A DNA stretch of 64,000 nucleotides from Pseudolabrys sp. (GTDB lineage: Bacteria; Pseudomonadota; Alphaproteobacteria; Rhizobiales; Xanthobacteraceae). The notes under the pieces are model-generated. The model ran no database searches, had not been told where the DNA came from, and was given only the letters and a program-made list of their open reading frames with translations. The stretch spans positions 54,348 to 118,347 of the forward strand of contig DASTHI010000046.1 of the NCBI GenBank assembly GCA_035718275.1. The letters are read 5' to 3'. Position 1 is the stretch's first letter. Every line of letters begins with the position of its first letter. The translations under genes and the position numbers were made by a program. Shown in pieces: positions 7,356-18,140 of this stretch.

Positions 7356-9317
7356 ATGTCATTGTCTTACGATTTCGATCTTCATGGTCATCTCGTTTCC
7401 GGAAGCTTGCCGCGGAAAAAGACGCAGGCAAAGCAAGACCCACCGAAACTGCATGTGGTGCCCCCCGCACGTGAAGCCGCCGCGTCCAAAGCGGTTAGGT
7501 CTCCGCTTCCGGCGCCGCTCTTGCCGCCACCACGGCCCTCGGATCTCGTTTTGGATCGCCGCCGCGACGACCTTCTGACGGCGTTCGGCAAGCTCACGCT
7601 CTCGGATCGTTACTTGCTGGCGGGCGAAAACTTCCAGGACATGTTTGCGCGCGTGTCGTGCGCTTTCGCTGACGACGTTGCGCACGCCCAACGCTTGTAC
7701 GACGCCATGTCTCGGCTCTGGTTCATGCCGGCCACGCCTGTGTTGTCCAATGGCGGCACGACGCGCGGACTGCCGATTTCCTGCTTTCTGAATTCCGTTT
7801 CCGACTCGCTGAAGGGAATTGTCGACACCTGGAATGAGAATGTCTGGCTTGCATCAAACGGCGGCGGCATCGGTACATTCTGGGGGCGCGTGCGCTCGAT
7901 TGGCGAGAAAGTGAAGGGCGGCGTGACATCCGGCATCATCCCCTTCATTCACGTCATGGATGGTCTGACGCTCGCGATCAGCCAGGGATCCCTGAGGCGC
8001 GGTTCGGCTGCCGTCTATCTCGACATCCACCATCCGGAGATCGAGGAGTTTCTGGAAATTCGCAAAGCCTCCGGTGACTTCAATCGCAAGAGCCTGAATC
8101 TGCACCATGGCATCAACGTCACCGATGAATTCATGCAGGCTGTGGGTGCAGGCACCAAATTCGCCCTGCGAAGCCCTAAGGACGGCGAGGTGATCCGCCA
8201 AATCGATGCTCGGCAGCTCTGGCAGCGCATTCTTGAAACGCGCCTACAGACGGGGGAGCCATATCTCCTGTTCATCGACACTGTGAATCGTGCCTTGCCC
8301 AAGCATCAACGCGAGCTTGGCCTCACAGTCACGACATCCAACCTGTGCAGCGAAATCACTCTGCCTACGGGGCCTGATCATCGGGGCGAGGAACGAACGG
8401 CTGTCTGCTGTCTGTCTTCGCTCAATCTGGAAACCTGGGATCAATGGAAGGACGAGCAACTGTTTATCGAAGATGTAATGCGCTTCCTCGACAACATACT
8501 GACGCATTTTATTACGGTCGCGCCAAGTGAAATGAAGCGGGCGCGCTACGCCGCGCTGCGGGAGCGCTCGGTCGGTCTAGGCGTAATGGGATTTCATTCA
8601 TTCTTGCAAGGCAAGGGTGTTCCAATGGAAAGTGCCGCCGCCAAGGCGTTCAACCTGGCAATGTTCCGCAAAATCCGCCGCGACGCCGACGCAGCATCGA
8701 TCGCTCTGGCGCGTGAGCGCGGCCCCTGCCCCGACGCGCTGGAACGCGGCATCACGGCTCGCTTCAGCCACAAGATTGCTGTCGCGCCCACCGCCTCGAT
8801 CAGCATCATCTGTGGCGGCACGAGCGCCTGCGTCGAGCCGATCCCGGCCAACATCTATACGCACAAAACGTTGTCGGGTTCGATCTCGGTCCGCAATCCT
8901 CATCTCGCGAAGATTCTGGCCGACAAGGGGGCGGACAGTCAGGCTGTGTGGCAGTCCATCATTGAGCATGAAGGCTCAGTCGCTCATCTCGGTATGCTGT
9001 CGGAGCAGGAGAAGGCAGTGTTTCGCACGGCATTCGAAATAGATCAGCGTTGGATCGTTGAGCTTGCCGCCGACCGCGCTCCGTTCATTTGCCAAAGCCA
9101 GTCGATCAATCTCTATCTGCCGGCAGACATCGATAAATGGGACCTGCACATGCTGCATTGGACAGCGTGGAAGCGCGGGGTGAAGAGTCTTTACTATTGC
9201 CGCTCGAAGTCCATCTCGCGCGCCGGATTTGCAGGGAAAATCCCGAAGACAGAAGCCGCCAACCGACAATCCTCACTGTCTCGGACCGACTATGAGGAGT
9301 GCCTTGCATGCCAATAA
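7356..9317 (+). CDS. nrdA: Class Ia ribonucleotide reductase alpha subunit (short type, no ATP cone)
   Basis: PATPVLSN, LPISCF, GGGIG, SNLCSEI (thiyl Cys), APTASIS, SLYY, C-terminal ECLACQ. Confidence 0.93.
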   Translation: MSLSYDFDLHGHLVSGSLPRKKTQAKQDPPKLHVVPPAREAAASKAVRSPLPAPLLPPPRPSDLVLDRRRDDLLTAFGKLTLSDRYLLAGENFQDMFARVSCAFADDVAHAQRLYDAMSRLWFMPATPVLSNGGTTRGLPISCFLNSVSDSLKGIVDTWNENVWLASNGGGIGTFWGRVRSIGEKVKGGVTSGIIPFIHVMDGLTLAISQGSLRRGSAAVYLDIHHPEIEEFLEIRKASGDFNRKSLNLHHGINVTDEFMQAVGAGTKFALRSPKDGEVIRQIDARQLWQRILETRLQTGEPYLLFIDTVNRALPKHQRELGLTVTTSNLCSEITLPTGPDHRGEERTAVCCLSSLNLETWDQWKDEQLFIEDVMRFLDNILTHFITVAPSEMKRARYAALRERSVGLGVMGFHSFLQGKGVPMESAAAKAFNLAMFRKIRRDADAASIALARERGPCPDALERGITARFSHKIAVAPTASISIICGGTSACVEPIPANIYTHKTLSGSISVRNPHLAKILADKGADSQAVWQSIIEHEGSVAHLGMLSEQEKAVFRTAFEIDQRWIVELAADRAPFICQSQSINLYLPADIDKWDLHMLHWTAWKRGVKSLYYCRSKSISRAGFAGKIPKTEAANRQSSLSRTDYEECLACQ

Positions 9318-9328
9318 TCGATCTTTCC

Positions 9329-10414
9329 ATGATCGATCCTCGCACATTGATCGGCCAAGGCAGGGTCGGACTACTCGATTCAAGCGGGTCGTATGATGTC
9401 GATCGCTACGCGTGGGCTTATGAATTCTGGAAGCGACAACAACAAACCCATTGGATGGGTGAGGAGGTGCCACTTGGTGCCGACATCAAGGATTGGGCCT
9501 CAGATCGCGTTACGGCTAAAGAACGCGCACTCCTGACGCAGATCTTCCGCTTCTTTACGCAGTCCGATATCGAAGTTGGCGACAACTATCTCAAGCGCTA
9601 CATCCCCATTTTCCAGCCACTCACCGTACAGATGATGATGGCCGCCTTCACGAACATGGAGACCGTTCACATCGACGCGTACGCGCTGCTATTGAAGACG
9701 CTCGGGATGCCGAAAACGGAGTTCGAAGCGTTCCGCGACTATGCGGAGATGCGCGCCAAAGCCGACTATATGCACCAGTTCGGCGTTGACACAGTCGCCG
9801 ACGTGGCGCGAACGCTGGCCATGTTCGGCGCCTTCACAGAGGGCATGGCCCTGTTTGCAAGCTTCGCGATGCTGCTGAATTTCCCGCGCCATAACAAGAT
9901 GAACGGCATGGGTCAGATCGTGAGCTGGTCGGTTCGCGACGAGAGTCTGCACTGTGAGGGCGTGATTAAACTTTTCCATGAATGGAATCGCGAGACAGGT
10001 GCTGTCACCAAAGGAGTGCGACAAGACATCATCGATGTCGCCAAGATGATGGTGAAGCTGGAGGAAAGCTTTGTGGACCTGGCGTTTGGGCTGGGCGATG
10101 TCGAGGGGATGAACCCGGATCAGATTCACGCCTACGTCCGCTATGTCGCGGACTGGCGTCTGACGCAGCTCAAGCTACCGCCCGTATTCGGATATTTCGA
10201 GGAGGCGGAGGGTATTTACAAACAGGTAAAGCCTCATCCGTTGCCGTGGCTGGTTGAGATATTGAATGGCGTCGAGCACGCCAACTTTTTTGAGCAGCGG
10301 GCGACTGAATATTCAAAAGGCGCCAGCCGAGGATCATGGGATGGCGAGGAGGGCGTTTGGGCTGCCTTTTCCCGCTCTCAGCAAGAACTCCAATCTCCGA
10401 GAAAGGACGAATAG
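9329..10414 (+). CDS. nrdB: Class Ia ribonucleotide reductase beta subunit
   Basis: FFTQSDIEV, ETVHIDAY (radical Tyr present), FTEG, RDESLH, NFFEQRATEY. Confidence 0.93.
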   Translation: MIDPRTLIGQGRVGLLDSSGSYDVDRYAWAYEFWKRQQQTHWMGEEVPLGADIKDWASDRVTAKERALLTQIFRFFTQSDIEVGDNYLKRYIPIFQPLTVQMMMAAFTNMETVHIDAYALLLKTLGMPKTEFEAFRDYAEMRAKADYMHQFGVDTVADVARTLAMFGAFTEGMALFASFAMLLNFPRHNKMNGMGQIVSWSVRDESLHCEGVIKLFHEWNRETGAVTKGVRQDIIDVAKMMVKLEESFVDLAFGLGDVEGMNPDQIHAYVRYVADWRLTQLKLPPVFGYFEEAEGIYKQVKPHPLPWLVEILNGVEHANFFEQRATEYSKGASRGSWDGEEGVWAAFSRSQQELQSPRKDE

Positions 10415-10677
10415 GGTGTGCGCGACGGTGCCATGCTGGTGCGCATCTACCGCACGCACCACGAAGCCTGGTAATCGTGGACTCGATCTTCGAAAAGCCC
10501 GCAGCAGCGATCGCAGCAGACCGGGTGGACAGGACCTGAAAATGTGGGTTTGACGAGGTTTGCTCGAAAATTCGGGCGTTTTCCGTCCACCCTTTATGCG
10601 CTGGCATCCCTTCCCTACCTGCCGAATCTGGTCTAAAGACCCGCTCGCGCGCGAGGCCCGACCTCGGCGCCGGTCCA

Positions 10678-10705
10678 GGGACGCGCACCAGCGCGCCCTT
10701 TTTTT
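10678..10705 (+). terminator. Terminator-like hairpin about 80 nt upstream of carB
   Basis: GGGACGCGC-ACCA-GCGCGCCC followed by T7. Confidence 0.55.
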
Positions 10706-10782
10706 GTGTGTTGTTCTTTATTCCCCAAAGGGGAGACGTCGGGGTGACAGGCATCAGAGCGTGAGTGGACATTTTACATAGA

Positions 10783-13700
10783 ATGCCGAAGCGAACCGAC
10801 ATCAAATCCATCCTGATCATCGGCGCGGGACCAATCGTCATTGGTCAGGCCTGCGAGTTCGACTACTCCGGCACCCAGGCGTGCAAGGCGCTCAAGGAAG
10901 AGGGCTACCGAATCGTCCTGGTGAACTCAAACCCGGCGACGATCATGACCGACCCCGATCTCGCCGACGCGACTTACGTCGAGCCGATTACGCCGGAAAT
11001 CGTCGCCAAGATCATCGAACGCGAACGTCCCGACGCACTGCTGCCGACCATGGGTGGGCAGACTGCGCTCAACTGCGCGCTTTCGCTGCGCAAGATGGGT
11101 GTCCTGGAAAAATTTAACGTCACGATGATCGGCGCGACAGCGGACGCCATCGACAAGGCGGAAGACCGCGAGCTTTTCCGCGAGGCGATGAAAAGGATCG
11201 GCCTGCCGACTCCGCGGTCGCAGCAGGTCAAAACCCTGCCGCAGGCACTCGATGCTCTGGAGGATATCGGGCTGCCAGCGATTATCCGCCCGTCTTTCAC
11301 GCTTGGAGGCACTGGCGGCGGAATTGCCTACAACAAGTCCGAGTTCATCGAAATCGTCGAGCGCGGCATCGATGCCTCACCCACCAACGAGGTGCTGATC
11401 GAGGAATCGGTTCTCGGATGGAAAGAATTCGAAATGGAGGTGGTGCGAGACAAGCGGGACAACTGCATCATCATCTGCTCGATCGAGAATGTCGATCCGA
11501 TGGGCGTTCACACGGGGGACTCGATCACGATCGCGCCCGCCCTGACGCTGACCGATAAGGAATATCAGATCCTGCGTGACGCCTCGATCGCCGTGCTGCG
11601 CGAGATCGGTGTAGAGACCGGCGGTTCCAATGTGCAGTTTGCGATCAATCCCGCCGACGGGCGCCTGGTCGTGATCGAAATGAACCCGCGCGTATCGCGC
11701 TCCTCCGCCCTCGCGTCGAAGGCGACGGGTTTTCCGATTGCGAAGGTCGCCGCAAAGCTCGCCGTCGGCTACACGCTTGACGAAATCGCAAACGATATCA
11801 CCGGCGGCGCAACGCCCGCCTCTTTTGAGCCGACAATCGACTACGTGGTCACGAAAATCCCGCGCTTCGCCTTCGAGAAATTTCCGGGTGCCTCACCCGT
11901 TCTCACCACCTCGATGAAGTCGGTCGGCGAAGCGATGGCGATCGGCCGCACGTTTCAGGAAAGCCTGCAGAAGGCGCTCCGCTCGCTTGAAACGGGGCTC
12001 ACGGGACTCGATGAGATCACGCTGGAAGGATTCGATCCTGCCAAGGGGATCGATGATACGGATAATAAGGCCGCCATTCGCGCGGCGCTTGGCACGCCGA
12101 CGCCAGACCGGCTGCTGAAGGTTGCGCAGGCGATGCGCTTCGGCGCCAGCGACGAACTAATCCACAGCGCCTGCCGCATGGACCCTTGGTTTCTCGGCGA
12201 GATCCGCGGATTGGTCGAGGCTGAGGACGAAATTCGGGCGAAAGGCCTGCCGACCAGCCCCGGTGTGTTGCGCCGTCTCAAGAGCATGGGTTTTTCCGAC
12301 AGGCGGCTCGCGAAGCTAACCGGAAATGACAGCGAGGCGGTGACGGCGAAACGCCGGAAGCTTGGCGTGCGCCCTGTATTCAAGCGCATCGATACTTGCG
12401 CGGCCGAATTCGCCTCGCCGACCGCCTACATGTATTCGACTTACGAAATGCCGTTTGCGGGAAAAACTGCGGACGAATCCGCTCCCTCGCAAAACCGGAA
12501 AGTCATCATTCTTGGTGGCGGACCTAACCGCATAGGCCAGGGTATCGAGTTCGACTATTGCTGTTGTCACGCCGCCTTCGCCCTCAAGGAAGTCGGCTAC
12601 GAGACCATCATGGTCAACTGCAATCCGGAGACGGTGTCGACGGACTACGACACGTCTGACCGGCTTTATTTCGAACCGCTGACACCGGAAGACGTTCTGG
12701 AAATCATCGATACCGAGCGATCGAACGGGACGCTGCACGGCGTCATCGTCCAGTTCGGCGGACAGACACCGCTCAAGCTGGCCGAACCGCTGGAAAAAGC
12801 AAAAGTGCCGATCCTCGGAACCTCTCCCGATGCGATCGATCTCGCCGAAGATCGCGATCGCTTCAAGAAACTACTTGACAAGCTCAAGCTGCTGCAGCCG
12901 GAGAACGGCATCGCCACATCGCCTGGTGCCGCGCGCGCAATCGCCGACGAGATCGGTTACCCCGTGGTGATCCGTCCTTCTTACGTGCTTGGCGGCCGCG
13001 CCATGGAAATCGTGCGCGACGGCGCGCAGCTCGACCGCTATGTCTCCAAGCTTGCTGGGGATCTCGACCGGCCCAGCGAACTGGTGGTGTCGAAGAAGAG
13101 CCCGCTGCTCATCGACCGTTACCTATCGGACGCCACTGAAGTTGACGTCGATTGTCTCTGCGACGGAACCGACACCTTCATTGCCGGCATCATGGAGCAC
13201 ATAGAAGAAGCCGGCATTCATTCCGGCGACAGCGCATGCGCTTTGCCACCGCATTCCCTGGACGACAAGACGATTGACGATCTCGAGCGGCAGACCCGCG
13301 CACTTGCCCTTGCCCTGAACGTCGGGGGCCTGATGAACGTGCAGTACGCGATCAAGGACGGCAAAATCTACGTGCTGGAGGTCAATCCGCGGGCGTCGCG
13401 AACGGTGCCTTTCGTCGCGAAGGTCATCGGCTTGCCCGTCGCCAAGATCGCGGCGCGAATCATGGCCGGTGAAAAGCTCAAAAGTTTCGGCTTGCAGCGT
13501 GTGCGGCCCAGGCACCGCGCCGTGAAGGAAGCCGTGTTCCCCTTCGCCCGCTTCCCAGGGGTCGATACCGTCCTCGGGCCCGAAATGAAATCGACCGGAG
13601 AAGTCATGGGCATCGACGGGTCGTTCGAGATAGCTTTCGCCAAGAGTCAGATCGGCGGAGGAACCAGCCTGCCGCGTAGCGGGACCGTGTTCGTATCCGT

Positions 13701-14082
13701 GAAGGACGAGGACAAACCGCGTATCCTTCCGGCCGTAAAGCTGCTGGCATCCCTCGGATTCAAGACTATCGCAACGTCGGGAACCCAACGATACCTATCG
13801 GAGCAAGGCGTCGAAACCGCAAAAATCAACAAGGTTTTGGAGGGCAGGCCGCACATCGTCGACGCGATCAAAAACGGCGGTGTTCAGCTGGTTTTCAATA
13901 CCACCGAGGGGGCAGCAGCCCTTGCCGACAGCCGGTCTCTCCGCCATGCGGCCCTCTTGCATAAAGTGCCATACTACACCACTCTTTCAGGGGCCGTCGC
14001 CGCAGCGCAGGGCATAAAGGCTTACCTGGAGGGCGACCTCGAGGTGCACGCGCTGCAAAGCTACTACGGCGGCTCAGGCTGA
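10783..14082 (+). CDS. carB: Carbamoyl-phosphate synthase large subunit
   Basis: [30 protein letters not shown], duplicated ATP-grasp domains ([19 protein letters not shown]), C-terminal MGS domain. Confidence 0.98.
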   Translation: MPKRTDIKSILIIGAGPIVIGQACEFDYSGTQACKALKEEGYRIVLVNSNPATIMTDPDLADATYVEPITPEIVAKIIERERPDALLPTMGGQTALNCALSLRKMGVLEKFNVTMIGATADAIDKAEDRELFREAMKRIGLPTPRSQQVKTLPQALDALEDIGLPAIIRPSFTLGGTGGGIAYNKSEFIEIVERGIDASPTNEVLIEESVLGWKEFEMEVVRDKRDNCIIICSIENVDPMGVHTGDSITIAPALTLTDKEYQILRDASIAVLREIGVETGGSNVQFAINPADGRLVVIEMNPRVSRSSALASKATGFPIAKVAAKLAVGYTLDEIANDITGGATPASFEPTIDYVVTKIPRFAFEKFPGASPVLTTSMKSVGEAMAIGRTFQESLQKALRSLETGLTGLDEITLEGFDPAKGIDDTDNKAAIRAALGTPTPDRLLKVAQAMRFGASDELIHSACRMDPWFLGEIRGLVEAEDEIRAKGLPTSPGVLRRLKSMGFSDRRLAKLTGNDSEAVTAKRRKLGVRPVFKRIDTCAAEFASPTAYMYSTYEMPFAGKTADESAPSQNRKVIILGGGPNRIGQGIEFDYCCCHAAFALKEVGYETIMVNCNPETVSTDYDTSDRLYFEPLTPEDVLEIIDTERSNGTLHGVIVQFGGQTPLKLAEPLEKAKVPILGTSPDAIDLAEDRDRFKKLLDKLKLLQPENGIATSPGAARAIADEIGYPVVIRPSYVLGGRAMEIVRDGAQLDRYVSKLAGDLDRPSELVVSKKSPLLIDRYLSDATEVDVDCLCDGTDTFIAGIMEHIEEAGIHSGDSACALPPHSLDDKTIDDLERQTRALALALNVGGLMNVQYAIKDGKIYVLEVNPRASRTVPFVAKVIGLPVAKIAARIMAGEKLKSFGLQRVRPRHRAVKEAVFPFARFPGVDTVLGPEMKSTGEVMGIDGSFEIAFAKSQIGGGTSLPRSGTVFVSVKDEDKPRILPAVKLLASLGFKTIATSGTQRYLSEQGVETAKINKVLEGRPHIVDAIKNGGVQLVFNTTEGAAALADSRSLRHAALLHKVPYYTTLSGAVAAAQGIKAYLEGDLEVHALQSYYGGSG

Positions 14083-14326
14083 GGGCCGTTCTGGCCAACC
14101 AGCCAGTCGACGGCACGAGTAAGGCCGAAAGGATACGGTCGCGGCATCAGGTGAGGCTGGCCGCGACGGGCTTTTTTGGCCGGCTCGTCACGGGTGACTC
14201 CGGATTTGCGGGAGACCGCGGCCGGAGTCGTATTACGAGTCGAATGAGCACGAGTGAGTTGAAAGGGCTTGGCGGCGTTAACGGTCGCTCAGGTTGTATC
14301 GGGCGCCCGCCAGGAGGAGATGAATC

Positions 14327-14800
14327 ATGGAGAAGATTCCGATGACCGCGGACGGCTATGCTGCGCTCGAGAACGAGCTCAAGCATTGCCAGCAGGTTGA
14401 GCGGCCCCGGATCATTCAGCAGATCACGGATGCGCGCACGCACGGCGACTTGTCCGAGAATGCCGAGTACCACGCCGCCAAGGAGGCGCAATCCCTTAAT
14501 GAAGGCCGCATTGCCGAGCTGGAAGATAAGCTCGCGCGAGCGGACGTCATCGATGTCTCGAAGCTATCGGGCGATACCATCACATTCGGTGCAACGGTCA
14601 CCCTGATTGACGAGGACACGGATGAGAAGAAGGTCTGGCAGATTGTCGGCGAGCCGGAAGCGGACGCGAAGAAAGGCCGCATCTCAATTACGTCGCCGAT
14701 CGCGCGAGCGCTAATCAACAAGAAAAAGGGCGAGACTGTCGAGGTCAATACCCCCGGAGGCGCCAAGGCCTATGAGATCAAGAAGATCGAGTGGAAGTAG
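14327..14800 (+). CDS. greA: Transcription elongation factor GreA
   Basis: [28 protein letters not shown]. Follows carB. Confidence 0.97.
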   Translation: MEKIPMTADGYAALENELKHCQQVERPRIIQQITDARTHGDLSENAEYHAAKEAQSLNEGRIAELEDKLARADVIDVSKLSGDTITFGATVTLIDEDTDEKKVWQIVGEPEADAKKGRISITSPIARALINKKKGETVEVNTPGGAKAYEIKKIEWK

Positions 14801-14877
14801 AAATATCGCTCTACGCACCGGCGATTTCTCCGTGGACCACAACCGACTGCGGCGAAACGAAGATGCCGTGCAGGTGG

Positions 14878-15273
14878 CTACTTAACCCACAATTTTAGTG
14901 GCAGCACGCGCTGGTCGGCGCAAGTCATCAGCCCGCTGTAGAAATCAGTCCGCCTTCCGCTGAAGGTGCATTCCACACCCGCGAGAAACATTACCGCATT
15001 CAGCCGGGTCGAAGATTCTGCGAGTTGAAAGCGAATTTCTCCGGTCCTTTTCTCTGGACCATCCTGCGTGCAAATGCCGACGTGGGTCATCGTGAGCGGG
15101 CCCGAGTATTCGCCCGCACGGCCGCGAGATTGGTCTTCGACGGTCGCCAGCAATTCCCATTCGCCGAGTTCGCCGGCGTAGCCGAAGATTTCACGCGGAG
15201 CGGCGTTGGCTGCGCCCGCAAAGGCGGCCAACGCCGCGACCGACAGACCATATCGCATGGCAGTCCGCATCAT
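14878..15273 (-). CDS. Small exported hypothetical beta-rich protein (4 Cys)
   Basis: Signal peptide (...AAFAGAANA). Start overlaps the stop of the upstream TPR gene (ATGA). Confidence 0.75.
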   Translation of the reverse strand: MMRTAMRYGLSVAALAAFAGAANAAPREIFGYAGELGEWELLATVEDQSRGRAGEYSGPLTMTHVGICTQDGPEKRTGEIRFQLAESSTRLNAVMFLAGVECTFSGRRTDFYSGLMTCADQRVLPLKLWVK

Positions 15274-16841
15274 TTGAGATGCGTGCGGGCGTCGGCTACC
15301 TCGGTGCGGCCCTCGTCGGCATTATCGGCAATCGAAACGATTTTGCGATAGTAGTCTTGAGCCTTGGCAGCATCTCCCGAGTTTTCGGCCGCCTTCGCCG
15401 CGCCCACATAGGCCGCAAGTCGGTTGGGCTCCTTTTTCAGCACTGCCTCGAATGCAACGACCGCATCCTTCGCGTGTCCGCGGGCGAGCAGCATCTCGCC
15501 GTAGAGCTCTCGCGCGGGCCTGGGCGCACCCGGCGTGACAGGATGTTTCTCGGTCCTGTCTTCGGCGTCGGCAGCTGCGCTCATCGCGGCGAGAGCTTCA
15601 TCGTATTTGCCCTCCCCATAAAGCAACCACGCGGAAGCAATCTGCGATTGGATGTCGACTTGCTCGAACCAGTAGGCGTCCTTGCCGCGCAGCGCCTCAC
15701 GCAATCCCAAGAGCTTGGCGATCTCGCTCTTGGCGGCTTCGGGGCTATTCGAGCGAGCCGCGCCGAGGGCTCGAGCAAAACGCGTGACCGCTTCTACCTG
15801 CGGCAAAAGAGTCGGACGGACCGGCAGCTCGGCTGCCGCTCTCCAATCTCCGCGATCGATCGCGTATCGCGCCGGAGATACGGCGAGTGCATACGGACCA
15901 ACCAGGAATGTCTCCGTGAACCCCGACACTGTTGTCATCTCGTCGAGAACAGCCTTGGCGTTCTTATCCTGTCCAAGCTGCAGGTAGGCATAAACCTGAT
16001 AGTCCATTGCGTGCAGCTGGTCGTGAAAGTCGGAGGCTTCTTTTGCGACGCGCTGCGCAACCTTGTTGGAATCGATCGATTCTTTCCAATAGCCGACGCG
16101 CGTGAAAATGTGTGACGGCATGTGTTGCGCGTGCGCTGCATCAGGCGCGATCTTGGCGTAGGCCCGAGCCGCGTTCAGGCCCTTCTCGGCGATCGGCGGA
16201 TAGTCATAGAGGTGGATAAGATAGTGCGCGACGCCAGGGTGCCTCGGCTGACGCGCAAAGATTGGTTCCAGGATCGCAGCACCCTTGAGCTGGTTGGCAT
16301 ATGTCTTGTCGGCGGGTGATGCCGACGTATTGAGCGCCAAAGCATAATGGATCTGCGCTTCGTCATCGTCCGGATAGCGCTGCGCAAGCTTTTCCATTGC
16401 CTTGGCATAGGCTTGCGTGCGTGGCCGATGCCCAATCTTGTCATGATCGACATAGATCACTGCGAGCGCGTCGATATAGTCGCGCTCGCGCTGCGTCTTG
16501 GCGCCCACGCGCTGACCATTGGCGATCGCTGCTGCTCCTTCGACGAGATTTTTCGCCGGCGTGGGCACGTGCGGGTTCAGCAGCTTACTCAGCGCGATGC
16601 CCCAATAGGCGATGCCGCATGAGGGATCGGCCTTCAACACCGCTTCAAACTCGTGCTGCGATGCGCGATACCAAAAAGAATGCTGATAGAGCATCGCCCG
16701 GTCGAAGAGCTTCTGGGCCTCTGATTGGCAGGACGTCTCGAAATGCACCCGCCCCAGCTTTTGATCGTCGTCTTGCGCCTTCGCTGCCTGGCTTATCAAG
16801 ATACCGGTGATCAGCGCGGCCGCTGCTGACATTCTCATCAT
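15270..16841 (-). CDS. Exported tetratricopeptide-repeat protein with His-rich central motifs
   Basis: Signal peptide (AKA-Q), TPR-like helices, motifs HPGVAHYLIH and HAQHMPSHIF. Confidence 0.85.
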   Translation of the reverse strand: MMRMSAAAALITGILISQAAKAQDDDQKLGRVHFETSCQSEAQKLFDRAMLYQHSFWYRASQHEFEAVLKADPSCGIAYWGIALSKLLNPHVPTPAKNLVEGAAAIANGQRVGAKTQRERDYIDALAVIYVDHDKIGHRPRTQAYAKAMEKLAQRYPDDDEAQIHYALALNTSASPADKTYANQLKGAAILEPIFARQPRHPGVAHYLIHLYDYPPIAEKGLNAARAYAKIAPDAAHAQHMPSHIFTRVGYWKESIDSNKVAQRVAKEASDFHDQLHAMDYQVYAYLQLGQDKNAKAVLDEMTTVSGFTETFLVGPYALAVSPARYAIDRGDWRAAAELPVRPTLLPQVEAVTRFARALGAARSNSPEAAKSEIAKLLGLREALRGKDAYWFEQVDIQSQIASAWLLYGEGKYDEALAAMSAAADAEDRTEKHPVTPGAPRPARELYGEMLLARGHAKDAVVAFEAVLKKEPNRLAAYVGAAKAAENSGDAAKAQDYYRKIVSIADNADEGRTEVADARTHLK

Positions 16842-16976
16842 GCGGAACTCCCGAACATTTGAGCGAAATTCTGGGTCGATGATCTCATCGCGGCTATGCG
16901 CTTTCCGCCTCGGTATGCAAAAAGCGCTGAATAGACTATTGTGCAGCGTGGACCCTCTTCGCCGAGAGGCGGGTCA

Positions 16977-18134
16977 ATGACGAGACCAGAAGAGGCCGAA
17001 GTTTCGGAGTCCTCGGCGGTATTGCCGGCGGACCTCGTACGTGCGCTGAGCTGGCTGCGCAGTCATCTATCTGACCCGGTTCAACTCGACACGCTTGCAC
17101 AGATCGCCGGTGTGCGGCCTCGCACACTGGAAACACATTTCAAGATCTTTCTCGGTACAACGCCGCTCGCTTGGGTACGACGCGCAAGACTCGCACGTGC
17201 TCGACAGCAATTGCTGAATGCCAGGCCGGAAGACACCGTAACGGAGATTGCACTCGCGAGCGGATTCAATCAGTTAGGCCGTTTTGCGGGCACCTATCGG
17301 AAAAGTTTTGGTGAACACCCGTCGACGACGATCGAGCGAACGCGACATTCGTGGCATCAAGATTTGGACTTCGACGAGGCTGCTCGCCTGACAATGAGCG
17401 CTTTGCCGCTGGCGTTCGCCGTTGCCCCAAAGCAGTGCAGCGAAGCCCTCGAGAGACTTAATCAGCCGCAGGAATTGGCGCCATCGTACGCGCTGCCGAA
17501 GGCCATCGCAGCATGGTGCTGGGGCCAACGCGCCGCGCATCACTTCAGCGCAACGCCTGACGCGGATCGAGTCAAAGCTCATCAACTCGCTGAACAGGCC
17601 GTCATGCTTGACCCAAACGACTCGATGACTCTGACTTTGAGCAGCGGTGCGCTCGTGCTGTTGCATCGTCTTGATGAAGCAGAGGGTCGGCTCGAGCGAG
17701 CGTTGGCGCTCGACCCGTGGCTCGCCTACGCGTGGATTCGTCGCGGCTGGATGTCGGCCTATTTAGGCGACAGCGACAGCGCACTCCGGGAATTGCGGAC
17801 CGCACTGCATTTAATGCCATTCGAGCCATTGCGGCACATAGCCTTCATCGGGATGGGCTGCGCGCATTTTGTCGCCGCGAGATACACGCGGGCGGCACTT
17901 TGGGTGCAGGGTGGTGTCGGGGCTTCACCGGGCTCGTTCTGGGCCGAAAGAATTAAGGTTGCTTCTGCGGCGCTTGCGGGCGAGCAAAGCGAAGCCCGTA
18001 GATCGGCGCGCAAATTAATGCGCAAGGATCCGGACCTGACGGTCGCCGAGGCGCGGCAGGCATGGCCGTTCACGCCAGACTTCATGGCGCGTCTCGGCGA
18101 TGGACTGGAGATTGCCGGCGTGCCGCGCGCCTGA
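16977..18134 (+). CDS. AraC-type HTH regulator fused to a C-terminal TPR domain
   Basis: N-terminal double HTH (LAQIAGVRPRTLETHF...IALASGFNQLGRFAGTY), then TPRs (ALALDP, ALHLMP) similar to those of TPR-containing adenylate cyclase/CadC-like proteins. Confidence 0.85.
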   Translation: MTRPEEAEVSESSAVLPADLVRALSWLRSHLSDPVQLDTLAQIAGVRPRTLETHFKIFLGTTPLAWVRRARLARARQQLLNARPEDTVTEIALASGFNQLGRFAGTYRKSFGEHPSTTIERTRHSWHQDLDFDEAARLTMSALPLAFAVAPKQCSEALERLNQPQELAPSYALPKAIAAWCWGQRAAHHFSATPDADRVKAHQLAEQAVMLDPNDSMTLTLSSGALVLLHRLDEAEGRLERALALDPWLAYAWIRRGWMSAYLGDSDSALRELRTALHLMPFEPLRHIAFIGMGCAHFVAARYTRAALWVQGGVGASPGSFWAERIKVASAALAGEQSEARRSARKLMRKDPDLTVAEARQAWPFTPDFMARLGDGLEIAGVPRA

Positions 18135-18140
18135 TCGCAG

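Noticed and set aside
9329-10414. NrdB as class Ic, Id or Ie (metal-variant or metal-free)
   Set aside because: The radical Tyr (HIDAY) and the canonical Asp/Glu/His ligands are all present. No nrdI/nrdH is adjacent.
10415-10545. Coding-like fragment after nrdB (MLVRIYRTHHEAW* / LVIVDSIFEKPAAAIAA)
   Set aside because: Too short and not assignable. It may be a gene remnant, but there is no evidence for that.
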